This document shows positions 15,035 through 28,375 of a DNA stretch of 64,000 nucleotides, one piece after another (position 1 is the stretch's first letter; each line of letters begins with the position of its first letter). Both the position numbers and the translations under genes were made by a program. The notes beneath the pieces were generated by a model. The model was given only the letters and a program-made list of their open reading frames with translations. It was not told where the DNA came from and did not search any database. This DNA comes from the human T2T-CHM13v2.0 reference genome, Homo sapiens: the NCBI RefSeq assembly GCF_009914755.1, contig NC_060947.1; one strand, given 5' to 3'.

Positions 15035-16026
15035 ATGAAAAATAATGAATTACACTTTTTAACAATTGAAGACTTTCTTATAACCTTCATTTCTACATAC
15101 ATCTAAGCTTCATAAAAAGTTCTACAAAATCCAATTTCATAAAAATAGTTTCAGCTGCTCACACTTTTTATTTGTTTCTTTAAACACGAAGCATTTTTTT
15201 CTGCATACCACCCCTAATGTAAATCAATTTTTCTTATTTTATTTCAGATTTTTATGTAACTAAAAACTACTGTTTGGGTTATAGGGCTCGTTATAGATCT
15301 CTTTCAGATTGTTTTACTTCAGGTTGTACCTTTGCAAAACAGAAGGATTTACACACACACACACACACGCACATGCTTACTTTATACCTGCTCCTTCCAC
15401 TAATTGTCTGAGAAGGCAGGAGACAGGAAGACTCTGGCTCTAATACTTCCCTACCATCTTGCTAGCACAGTGTGATGCATGCTAAAGAAGGTGAATAATG
15501 CACTATTGAATACCTTAATTCCCCTGGGAAACTAAGATGTTCTCTATTACCATGAGATAAAAATTCCATCAGTTGACCTCAGCAAGAGTGGGAGTGTCTG
15601 TGTGGCTGGAAAAGGAGAATGTTAATGAAGCTAAAAGTATTTATAACAATTTTATCGGTTGTCACCAATTGATAAAAGCTTCTTAGCAGATGCATATCCT
15701 GCTAAGAAGTTGTGTTTTGCTAAGTTGTTCAACATAAAACATAAGTTTGAAGAATATGGGACAATTGTCACCAACATGTCCAGCTTGTTGACTTACTACT
15801 CAGTTCCAACCTTCAAGTCATTACTTAAATTATCATCTAATTTAGTAAATAGTCTGATGACCATCTAAAAGGAGTCTCACGAAATTCATGTTAATGGCCA
15901 TGGGAAAAGTCCAGGACTAGAGAAGTGTTCTAGTGGTTTTCTCCAGTTAAACCTGCCATGTATTGAAAGAGGTGTGTGTCAATAGAAGAATTTGGAAACC
16001 ACTTCTTCTTATACCTTATCAGTGAC

Positions 16027-16387
16027 TGTATTAGTCTGTTCTCAGGCTGCTCATTAAGACCTACTTGAGACTGGGTAATTTATAAAGGAAAGAGGTTTAA
16101 TTGACTCACAGTTCCACACGGCTGGAGAGGCCTCACAATCATGGCAGGAGGCAAATGAAGAACAAAGTCACATCTTACATGGCAGCAGGCAAGAGACTGT
16201 GTGAAGGGAAACTCCCCTTTATAAAACCAGAACTTGTAAGACTTATTCACTATCACAAAAACAGCACGGGAAAGAGCCACCCTCACGATTCAATTACCTC
16301 CCACCAGGTCCCTCCTGTGACATGTGGGAATTATGGGAGCTACAATTCAAGATGAGATTTGGGTGGGAACACAGCCAAACCATATCA
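16027..16387 (-). mobile_element. THE1-family solo LTR (MaLR)
   Basis: Minus strand begins TGATATGGTTTGGCTGTG and ends in CA; 5-bp TSD-like gtgac/ttgac. Confidence 0.9.
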
Positions 16388-16503
16388 TTGACATTTTGAT
16401 ATTTGCAAGTCTTTATTCTATAAATTATTGGGAAAATTAGGTAGAGTAAAATGCCTAGTATTGTCAACTTTAAAAAAATTAAGGCTGAGAGAAGAAAATA
16501 TGA

Positions 16504-16722
16504 CCTGGGTTCACACCATTCTCCTGCCTCAGCCTCCCGAGTAGCTGGGACTACAGGCGCCCGCCACCACGCCCGGCTAATTTTTTTTTTTTTTTTGTAT
16601 TTTTAGTAGAGACGGGGTTTCACCTTGTTAGCCAGGATGGTCTCCATCTCCTAACCTCGCGATCCACCTGCCTTGACCTTCCAAAGTGCTGTGATTACAG
16701 GCATGAGCCACCGCACCTGGCC
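16504..16722 (-). mobile_element. AluY-like element lacking its 3' end and poly-A tail
   Basis: Left arm, linker and part of right arm only; flanked by a(a/g)tatgacc. Confidence 0.88.
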
Positions 16723-16834
16723 AGTATGACCCAATTTTTAAATAACTATGAGGATGAATTTGTTGGCCCAATTTCAATATAGTAGCACCCGCTTGAAAGT
16801 TGAACAACGTAGTTCAAAAATAATACAAACAATA

Positions 16835-17148
<314 letters not shown>

Positions 17149-18629
17149 ACTACGTAACACATAGCAACCTAAAAAAAAGAAGTACAGGCTGAAAATCTGA
17201 AGACTGGTTCCCTGACCTTTCTGATGTCAGAAAGACATACCACCTTTGGCCCTTCAAGTCTGAAGACCAGACTGGACACTTATGGCTCTGATCTAGTTGG
17301 AGGATCTCACTCAGTGTTGTTTCAGTCAAGTTCAGGCTCTGACTTGGTAAATCATCTATGATGTCTTAAATATCTTCTTGTAGACTTCCTTCTCAATGGC
17401 CAGAAAAACGAGAGATTAAGACATTATTCATGATGTCAAGAAAAGGATAAACACTAAAAGGGTCAGGGGAATCACTATCCAAGATGGGTTGAGTGTGGAG
17501 GTAGAGGAATTTATTTTTAGCAGAAGCCATATCTAAGTAAAATCCTGATATTTGACTTGGGATGAACCGAGTACAGAAACTGGGGAAGGTGTTCCAAGCA
17601 GAGGGAACAGCAATTTAAAAAATAATATGAATTCAGGAGGCGTTAAGTGTGAAGTAGAAGTGGTGAGAAATAAGTCTATGAAGAAATTTCCAGCAAGAAC
17701 CGGATAATGCAGATGCATATTCTGCTAAGAAGTTGTGTTTTGCAAAGTTGCTCACCATGGAAAATAAGTTTGAAGAACACAGGACAAGAAACAGGGTTGT
17801 TTCTTAAGAATCTATCGCTCTAGTTAAGGTAGGAGTTTCCACTTAAAAATTGTCAACATGAATTGATCTCAGAATACTTCAATGATATTTATTAATCTGC
17901 TACCCAGAAAATGAAGATAAAAACACATTGTATTGGGATTTAATATCTAGTCTAATTAATCTGAAGTAAAGTTTTGCACAAAAAACTCAATAAATGAATA
18001 AGTTCCATTATACTTTCAAATAGTTGATGGAATAAAATAACTTAAGACTGCTTCTCAAACCCACTGGTTATATAACCAAACTCTTTAGTTTTACAATGTG
18101 TACTAGAAAGAAGACTACCTTTGGAAAAAAGGCTGTCTCCACCTTATTAGATATCTGAATAAAGACGAATTAAAGTAGCCTAGGTTTAACCAAAGTCTTG
18201 CCTTTATAGTTATAAATAGACACATCAAATAATCTAGCAAGTGCATGTGTTTGCCATCATCATAGTACATCCCCCACATCCAGCACTTCCATGGTACATG
18301 GTAGGGGCTCTGTATCTATTTTGAAACTGATTTCTGTAAATCCTTTCTTATTAAAACCTATTTAGGTTGATAAACAACTTACATAGTTAGACTTAACAAC
18401 AGCCCTATATTTGTGAGAAACCATGTATTATGAGTAACCTAGACTAAAGGATAAAATAGAGACTAATGTAAGAACATCTGGATTAGTAGATGGGCATTTG
18501 AAATTTGCCTGACTTGGCTCATCAATGTCTACTCTAGCAAATGTTATTTCATAGTATTAATTTAATCAACATTTATCTATACAAATTACCTAATAATGCT
18601 CATTACTTCTTACTTCTGCAAATATCATT

Positions 18630-19082
18630 TGCGGTAGGCAGAATACTAGCCCTCCCAAAAACTTCCACATCCTAATACCCAGAACCTGTAAATATGTTAT
18701 GCTAAATGCCAAGAGATAATTAAGGTTGCAAGTTACATTTAGGTTCCCAATCATTTGACTTTAAGAGAAAGAAAGCCTGGATTATCCAGGTGGACACAAC
18801 ATAACCACAGGGGTCCTTTACATGTGGAATTGACCATTTCTGGCTTTGAAGATTGAAGAGGCCACCATGCAAAGAATAAGGGCAGTCTCTAGAACCCGGA
18901 AAAAGGCAAGAAATTGAATTTTCCCCTGAGACTTGCAGAAGGAATGGCCAACACCTTGATTTTAAGCCAATGAGACCCATTTGGGACTCCTGAACTCCAA
19001 AGCTGTAAGAGAATACATTTGTGTTGTTCTAAGCCACTAACTTTATGGTAATTTGTTACAACAGTGAAAGGAAAATAATACA
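18630..19082 (+). mobile_element. MLT1 solo LTR (MaLR)
   Basis: tgcggtaggcagaata...aataataca; TG...CA ends and tcatt/tcatg flanks. Confidence 0.85.
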
Positions 19083-20923
19083 TCATGTATGTGACAGATG
19101 TCATTTAGAATTTTTAGCTAAGACGAAACACCAGTGCATAAACAGGTATCTGAAACTTTTACTCAACCAACTCTTTTATTCATACTGCAATGACTGCATT
19201 TTTGACAAAAACAAGAGGGATGCAATGGGACACCAAGGAACCTTGGAGAGATATGAAAAAAATGCTTTTGATTTTTCATTAGCTGATTAGATAAGGCTTC
19301 ATACGATGTTTTATTTAAACTTCTTTGCTAAATATGATCACCTCCATCCCTTGGAGGATTTATCTGGAGCAATTTGGTAAGTGACAATGTGAATTGAGAA
19401 TTAATAAGAAAAAAATAGGTATGTACTAAATTGAGGCCTGATCTCCATTCACCTTGACCAGATTCAGTGTTTCTCCCACAGCTTCTTCTTCACCCTCTTT
19501 TATCGTATTTCTTCTTTTGACTGCTCTCTGCATTCACTTTAAAAGAACAAAGCTTACAGTTTAAGTCCCCATTTCCGGGCCACTGAAGAAGACCTGGCCC
19601 TAAGGTCAGCACACTGAGGCACTGATTCGAATTGACCGTAGGTAGCAGTTGCTACAGCTCCACCACTGAGAAGGCCTTGACACATCTGTGACCCTGTTCT
19701 TCTCGACAGACCCTCCTCCTGCTCCCTCTTATGCTGTGCCTGAACAAAACATCACATCAGCACTGTTTACTGCAGGAATCCAGCCAAGGAAGTCATAACA
19801 GCACAATAGCTATACAATCTGATAACCTTGTTAGCTCAAATCAAAGCTCCTAACAAGTAGGAGAGGTTAGTGAAGTGGAATAAAACTATTACAGTATTTG
19901 GGTTTGTTGAAGTGGCTTTTCATATTTTTCCCCTTTGAAAAAAAAAAGTAGCATCTCTTGTCCCTTTACTTAAGATTAAAAACCAGGCACAAGGACATAA
20001 AACAAAACAACATGTACAAGGCTAAGGTTAACTTTTAAAAGAATACAAATGGAGAGGGATGTACGAAGTTGATAATTATCTTCTACTGGAAAATAGCGTA
20101 AAACTACTTGCATTGCGGTGCCAGATCTAGAAGAGTGTGTTAAGTGTGGAATACCCCTCACTATCCAGAAGTTGGAGATGTGAATTAATTTGTGTAAATG
20201 ATGAAGAGTAATGAACTCATTTCAAATAACAGGTCAAGGATGATCAAGGTCTTTCTAATTTCTGTTTTCTTTACTTCGCATTACTGGATATTATTTCAAC
20301 ACAAAGAAATTTTGCCAAGCTGGATTGTGGCCTTTTCTTGCCTCCCTCATACCCACCTCGTGCTTCGGGCAACATTTCAACCCTATAGAGATATAATTTT
20401 AATCACACTTATCTCCCTATTTTTTGTAAAAGACATTAACGTATACCCCAAAACTGCCTAAAACGCAGTGTCTTACACAGAATTGCATTCATCCTCCTCC
20501 CACCTTCACTTCCTTAGTTCTTGCCAGTTCCAAGATCCTGGAGGAAATAGCACTAATTTTGAAATCGGGACCTGTCACTGCTCAGGCCCTGTGACCTGGC
20601 TAATATTCTCTGTGCCTCAGTTTCTTTATCTGCAGTAAATGACAAAATAATAAATCAATTCAGCAAGTATGTATTTGGATGCATTTGAAAATGTCATTTT
20701 TATGTTTTGTATCATTTTGAAGTTAGAAACGTGAAACTTTACGGTTTGGCATGGCTACTGATTTATCTTTTGCTCTTGTGTTTCCCTGAAAGATTAATGA
20801 ACTGTAGCTAAATCTATACCTGCTTAGTGCTTTGAATCTGGTTTGGGGATTTTATTGTGAACATTTTGTTCGGCCATATTTTACTGTTGCACTGAATGGA
20901 AGTCAAAGTAACAATTCAATTTT

Positions 20924-20960
20924 TGTGTGTGTGTTGTGTGTGTGTGTGTGTGTGTGTGTG
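20924..20960. repeat. (TG)n microsatellite
   Basis: Directly visible. Confidence 0.95.
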
Positions 20961-23312
20961 CACCTTTTATCTGAAAAAAAATGTTTCTTTTATAACAGAT
21001 GGAAAATTGCAGTGATAAACATAAACCATTTTCCCTTTATATTGCCCTTTCTTTGTAAAGATGATAAAGCAGCACTTCTCCAATTAATTATGACTTGGAG
21101 AATTTGAAAATAATAAATGGTTCTGCATTTCTTTCTCTCCATCCTCCATATAACTTGAAACAGAAAAAAAAAACCTTAGAAATGAAATTGGAGAAGAGAA
21201 AAATCATTATTTTTACATATATGGTGCATGTGTAGTTCCTATTCACCAAGATGACAATGAGAAAAGAGAAAGGAAAAAGCGGAATAAAAATAAACATACT
21301 TCCTATATATTTAGTAATCATTCATATAAATATGTAACACATTGCAGGGGTTATCTAAGAGTCATGTAAAATGATTGGATCTTGACAGTGAGGTGCTAAA
21401 TGTGTGTTTTCTCTTCAAATGTCTCAATTTTAAAAATATTCCCTTACATATAGTCCCAGGCAATCTCTTACCTATAAATCTGTAATCATATTATTTGAAT
21501 AGATTCACTCCCCCAAATTCTCTACCTCTATTCTCTACCAGTACCTGAAATTTCTAGCACATTTACTCTTTTGTACTAAGTCATTGAAAGATTGTCAGGC
21601 TATAAGTAGTATTTGAGATGGATAGGCCATTATTATTAAACATCTCGGCATGAATTAGTTAAACAGGTGTAGCATTTCTTGGGTTATTGATCTTCACAAA
21701 GTCTCAGATTTTGGACGTGGTCACTGAGACTCAGCTGATTCTAACCTTAGTTTTGTATAACCAAATCAAGTGAAGGCTTGATTTCACTCATGAGTATGCT
21801 TCTTGGAATCAGACCTAGCTTACCTACAATCACCAAACCATCCTTAGTAATATGCTGAAGGAAGAAGTATTATTAGTAATAATATCTGAATTTTTTCAGT
21901 GCCTCTATTTTTTGGAATACAAAATAACAAGTGAAATGTGAAATATTGCATCATACAAAGCTTATCCAAAGGTAAATGTCACAACTGTGAAACAGGTACA
22001 TATGCTACATCCAAAGACCAGCCATTGTCTGAAGTAGGATGAGCAGTTAAGACGTCCATGAAGTATCTCTCCATTCAAAAGCCAACTTTAAATAGTTCCA
22101 ATGAGCTGTATGTTGAAATGAGATAGTGTGTTATCTGGTGTTTTGTTTTGTTTTTTATCTGGTGTTTCAATATAAAAGTATTGATTGAGATTAGCTCACT
22201 GATATGAAATGTGGAACTTGTAAATTCAAGCACACTATAGAAGTCCCCTAATAAGGACTAACGAGTTCCTGCTGACCGGAATCAAGGCACAGCCTGGCAT
22301 ATGAACAATTAGCTTTCGTGTTAAGATCAGAAGACAGTTTTTTAGCTTGCTAATTGTTAGCCCCTTAGAACATGGGCTACAATTTGATTTTTAACCACAT
22401 CAGGGACATGCTAAATAGTAATGTAACTGAGAATAAGAAGTCAGGATCCACCAATAACTAAATGCAATTTTTTTCAATTGAATTGAATATACATCCAGTT
22501 GACGTTCATCTCTGAAATGCTAGCAATTCAGAAAAGCCAGCTGAAAGAAATTTTAAGACAGGGCTCAGTTCGTGTTCCTTCTGTATTTCCTAACATACTT
22601 AGCACATTACTGAGTATGTGCTTAGTAGGTGAAAATAAGTACATAGTTGAAAGATTAGAAGGAATCAAGAGAAGTTAGTTCCTAAGTTCCACTCAGACGA
22701 TATTGAGGGCATTTAATTATTTGTATTTCTCCCCAAAGTTGATTCATTTTGAGCTTCAGCGGCTACTATTTCCACCTTCCATTTTCTGCATCAAAACATT
22801 CAAGTTTTGTTGAAATGCCCTCAAATTAAATGTTTCTAGCATTGGTAGTCATTATCTTGGATTGCATTTGGAGTTAATTATTTTTTAACCAAAGAAGGAA
22901 ATATTTTGTTGATTTTACTCAATGGATCATTTGAAATAGCAGCTTGTGCTCTTAAATGAAAAATTATCTGATAATGCAAGAAAAAAATAGTAAAATTCAG
23001 AAATAGTGATCATTTTATATAGTTTTTAAACATAATATCCACTGCTTTTATAATTAATATAATTCAAATGGTGCCAGATGTTTACTGGGGAATACAGATG
23101 AACTGGAGTGGTAGGCTCTAACTCCTTCAATTCAGATGCTAACAAGAGAAGTCATATAATTGTGACTACTCCTCAGACAGCAAACTTACCCTTCTGACTA
23201 TTAGTGTAGTAAAACTCCAAACTGAAATATCTCATTAAAACATTCTTTACACTTGCAGCTATTTTTCCTTGACCTTGGTTGCTCTACTCCAACACTAAAT
23301 ATACAAACACCG

Positions 23313-23365
23313 TGTGTGTGTGTGTGTGTGTGTGTGTGTCTGTGTGTCTGTGTGTGTCTGTGTGT
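23313..23365. repeat. (TG)n / (TGTGTGTC)n microsatellite
   Basis: Directly visible. Confidence 0.95.
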
Positions 23366-24224
23366 CCCTAGACACACTGGTATTCTTGGAAAGCCCATAA
23401 TCTTTCAAACCAATATGTTTTTGGAGCAAATTATAAATTAGAGCAATAATAAAAGTGATGCTGTGTCTTGATTGAATTCAAATGCAATCTTCGTTCAGCT
23501 AAAAAATAATGAGCCAGGTTTATTTAGAATTTCAGTTATGACCCTGTAAATAAGGTAACTTTGGAAATGACATTAACTCTTTTGGGTTCTTATTTCACTT
23601 CCACATAGCTTTACCTGCAATTAACAAATTGATGTTGTAATTAAATTAATGACTCTGGCATCAAACAAACAACAGCAAAAATAGGAACCAAATGTTCCTC
23701 CTGGAAGCAAAGACTATCTCAGGATTATTTTTATCATAACGTTAACCACAGGAAAATAACACACCTTTGCAATGTCTAGCCATGCTCACCATCTTGGGTT
23801 TTCAATATGAAGATGAAGTTAATGGACTGGATGCCCACACCTCTTTGAATATTCTATGAAAGCCAGAGTAAAAGATTTCAACAAGAGATATAAGATTGCA
23901 CAGAATCATAAAATTTCAAATTAAGAAGGAACCTAAGCAATTATTTAATTCAATTCGTTAGTACTAGCTTACTTCATAATTAGTTTCCCAACATTTTGCT
24001 TGTGATTCAAGATAAAAAAATACATAAAATACATTATAATTCACTACTATACAAACTGGATCATAACGGAAACAGAATTTCCATAAAAGAGTACTTACTC
24101 TTATTATGCATAATGAATTCAAATATTTTCCCTTATATTCCATTTTATTTCTGTTTTTAATCTTTATCACAATCCATTAAATTGATTTCATAACCGCTAA
24201 TGAATTGAGACTTGTTCTACATCC

Positions 24225-24380
24225 TTGCTACTTGAAGCGTGACCCTTGAACCAGCAGCATCAGTAGTATCTGCGAGTTTCTTAAAAATGCAGACTCTCAG
24301 GCCTGCCCCAGACCTGCTACATCAACATGTGCATTTCAACAAAATACCCAAGGGATTCCCAGCACTTTAAATCTGAAGAA
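24225..24380. mobile_element. MER5A-type MITE
   Basis: accagcagcatcag...aaatgcagactctcaggcctgccccagacctgct...tgcatttcaacaa. Confidence 0.7.
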
Positions 24381-25938
24381 GCATTGTTCTTCATCACCCC
24401 CAAGGGACATCCAACAGTTAGCCTTTCCTCGAACCCTTTTATTGGTGAGACATTTTCTTCCTTTCAGGGCAACATATTTTGCTTTCAAATAATTGTGCTC
24501 CAAAGAAGCGTCTTGTTATATTAATTGGGAATTGGTATGTAAAGCATCAACTCAGAGACTAGCACAGAAACAACATTCCATAAATAGTAAATTTCTTCCC
24601 TTTCCCACATAAGCTCCACCCACTGGTATTAGTGTACCTTCTGGTGAACTAATGTTGCTGTAAATTAAGTTCGACTTCTTTGCACATGGCAGTCTCTTAG
24701 CTAAAAATTCAGCAATCTTTGTGACTCTTCACCTTCTCTCTCAATTTGTACCTAAACAATCAACAGTCCTGTTGAATTTTACCTTCCAAATATTTCTCCA
24801 ATTAAGCATTTCTCAAATTAGCATCCAAGTATCCCACGACAGAGAAGGAATGATCAATACACACAGAAAATAATGGCAAAAAAAAAATTATCAACAGTCC
24901 CTATGGTCATTTAGTGAGGCTTAATCCAGATTCTGAAAAAACAATGATAGTTCTGGGTATGTTTTGTCAATAAAGAGCTATTATGTTGGCCTCAAAAGGC
25001 ACTAATGCTCAGTGGGGTGTCACCACCCAGGGTACCCTGTTATCACCCATATCTTACCAGACAATTGCCCACATCCCTGATTTCTGATTCAGTCTTCTGA
25101 AAAAAAAACTGAAATATTGTACACACATTCAAAATGCAATGTATATTTTCTTTCTTCTCATGTTTTCCATTCTGCCCACCTGGAACTGGGTAACTATTCC
25201 CACTGTTCATTTCAAATTGTGCCTCCTACTATGTCAGCTGTTGAGCTGGAGATAGGCCGCTCAATTATCCAGCTATGATGTAGAGAGTAATTGAGAATAG
25301 CCCTTTGGCTGATGCATTTTCTCATTTGAGCCTTCATGAAGTTGGGTTACATACAAGTGTGAGCATAAACATATTCCCGTATCTTTTTGGCATTCAGAAT
25401 GCTTATATCCTAAAAAAAATAAAAAGAAGAGGACTTGGTATTTAAAAAGATGTCACTGAGCTGATAAGATAGAAAACTGAGAATAGTTTCCCATTCTTGG
25501 GAAGTGTCTGGGATACATGTCGAAGGGTGAGGGAGTTGCAAGGCCAGTTCTGTAATCTAATTAGCTAGAGATAAAATTTCCTTCTTGAAATCAGTCCTTG
25601 GCATTACTTCCATTTTGTTGTCATTGTGTCAAGGAAAAACACTTTAAGTTTCTAAGCCTAAAAGTCTAAGGTGTGAGACTGTCTTAAGAGCTGGAAGACG
25701 AAAGAGAGGAAATTTTCCAACCAACTTCTTCCTCTTCGTGTGAATTCTTAATGACAATCCAGTGTGATGGCCAGAGGAGCCCTCTGTGTTACAAGGGAAA
25801 AGGGTGATGATTCTGTAATGTAAGAAGAACATGAAACCTTCTCCTCTCTGATAAGAATTATTTTTATTATTGTCTCATACCCAACAACTAACTGAGGTGA
25901 GATGTGCTAAAGAAAGCAAGATACAACTAAACTCTATT

Positions 25939-25952
25939 GTTGCCATGGTAAC
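25939..25952. promoter_or_regulatory. Candidate RFX X-box motif
   Basis: GTTGCCATGGTAAC, 13/14 match to the palindromic X-box GTTGCCATGGCAAC; function untested. Confidence 0.45.
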
Positions 25953-26009
25953 CTGTCAGGTTACCTAACAGTAATAAGTTTTATTGAGAGTAAAGGTGGA
26001 TAAACACTC

Positions 26010-26745
26010 TTTTTTGAGACATAATTCACATACCATAAATTCACCCATTCATAGTGTACAATTCAATGCTTTTTAGCGTACTCCCAGAGCTGTGTGTCCA
26101 TTACCACAATCAATTGTTGACAATTTTCATCACTCCAAAAAGAAACCCCATACCTTTGAGCAGTAGTCACCTCCCATTCTCCCCATGTCTTTGGCCCTAG
26201 GCAAGCACTAATCTACTTTCCATCTATGTAGATTTATCTATTCTGGATATTTCATATAAATGGAATCATATATGCAGTATTTTGTGGCAGGCTTCTTTTA
26301 CTTAGCATAATGTTTTCAAAGTTCACCCATGTATTGTAACATGCATCACTGCTTCATTCCGTTTTTGTAGCTGAATAATATTCTGCTGTAGGAATACGCC
26401 AGATTTTGTTTGTCCACTCATCAGCTGCTGAACATTTCAGTTGTTTCCACCTTTTGGCTACTGTGAATAATGCTGTAATGAACTTTTTGTATACAAGGTT
26501 TTATGTAGATTCATGTTCTCAATTGTCATCAGTATATACCTAGGAGTGGAATTACTGGGTCATAAGGTAACTCTAGGTTTACCTGTCTGAGGAACCACCA
26601 AACTCTTTTACATTTCCTCCAGCAAGCTATTTAAGGTTTCTTATTTTTTCACATTCTCATCAACACTTGTTATTATCTATCTTCTTTATTATAACTATCC
26701 AAGTTGGTGCAAAGTGGTATCTCATGGTTTGAATTTGCATTTCCA
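26010..26745 (-). mobile_element. L1M 3' region
   Basis: tttcatataaatggaatcata, atacctaggagtggaattactgggtcata, gtggtatctcatggtttgaatttgcatttcc. Confidence 0.85.
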
Positions 26746-26917
26746 AAGATAAGCATTCTTAAGTTATCTCTAAATCATACCCATGGAAAAAGCAAACATT
26801 TAAGTTTAGTTAATTCCTGGATAGACCATGTCTAAAGAGGTTGTTAAAAAAAATAGCAGGCTAATTCATCTCCAGTGTTTATGGAAAGAAATTTTATTAC
26901 ACCAAAGAATGTCTGGC

Positions 26918-28375
26918 TTTCTAAGCAAAAAGAACAAAACTGGAGGCATCATGCTACCTGACTTCAAACTATACTACAGGACTACAGTAAACGAAACAGC
27001 AAGGTACTGGCACAAAAACAGGCACATAGACCAATGGAACAGCATAGAGAACGCAGAAATAAGACCACACACCTACAACTATCTGATCTTCGACAAACCT
27101 GAGAAAAATAAACAATGGGGAGAGGATTCCCGATTCAATAAATGGTGCTGGGGTAACTGGCTAGCCATATGCAGAAGATTGAAACTAGACCCCTTCCTTA
27201 TACCATATACAAAAATGGACTCAAGATAGATTAAAACCCAAAACTATAAAACCCAAAACCATAAAAGCCCTGGAAGACAACCTAGGCAATACCATTCAGC
27301 CCATAGGCACAGGCAAAAATATCATGCCAAAAATGCCAAAAGCAATTGCAACAAAAGCAAAAATTGACAAATGGGGTCTAATTAAACTAAAGAGCTTCTG
27401 CACAGCAAAAGAAACCGTCAACAGAGTAAACAGACAAACTACAGAATGGGAGAACATTTTTGCAAACTATGCATCCAACAAAAGTCTAATATCCAGCATC
27501 TATAAGGAACTTAAATTTGAAAGAGAAAAACAAACAACCTCATTACAAAGTGGGCAAAGGACATGAACAGACACTTTCTAAAAGACATACATGAGGCCAA
27601 CAATCATATGAAAAAAAGCTCAACATTACTGATCATTAGAGAAATGCAAATCAAAACCACAATGAGATACAATCTCACACCAGTTAGAATGGCTATTATT
27701 AAAAAGTAAAAAAATAACAGATGCTGGTGAGGTTGTAGAGAAAAAGGAATGCTTATACACTGTTGGTAGGAGTGTAAATTAGTTCAGCCATTGTGGAAGA
27801 CAGTGTGGCAATTCCTCAAAGACCTAAAGACAGAAAAACCATTTGACCCAGCAATCCCATTACTGGGTACATACCCAACGAGTATAAATCATTCTATTAT
27901 AAAGACATGCACACATATGTTCATTGCAGCACTATTCACAATAGCAAAGACATGGAATCAACCTAAATGAGAAAGGGAGGACAGGGTAGGATCCATGCCA
28001 GGAATCCTTGAATACTATGCATCCATAAAAATGAATGAGATCATATCCTTTGCAGGGACATGGATGGAGCTGGAGGCCACTATCCTTAGCAAACTAATGC
28101 AGGAACAAAAAGCATATACTGCATGTTCTCATTTATAAGTGGGAGCTAAATGATGAGAATACATAAACACATAGAGGGAAAGAATACATACTGGGGCCTT
28201 TTGGAGGGTAGAGGGTGGGTGGAGAGAAAAGATCAAGGAAAACAAGTAATGGGTACTAGGCTTAATACCTGTGTGATGAAATAATCTGTACAACAAACCC
28301 CCATGACACAAGTTTACCTATGTAACAAACCTGCACTTGTACCCCTGAACTTAAAATAAAAGTTAATTAAAAATT
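26918..28375 (+). mobile_element. 5'-truncated L1PA/L1PB (ORF2 C-terminus and 3' UTR)
   Basis: ORF2 remnants [19 protein letters not shown] and [21 protein letters not shown]; ends cttaaaataaaagtt. Confidence 0.93.

Noticed and set aside
17217-17234. Short palindrome ctttctga-tg-tcagaaag
   Set aside because: An 8-bp arm is expected by chance in 64 kb
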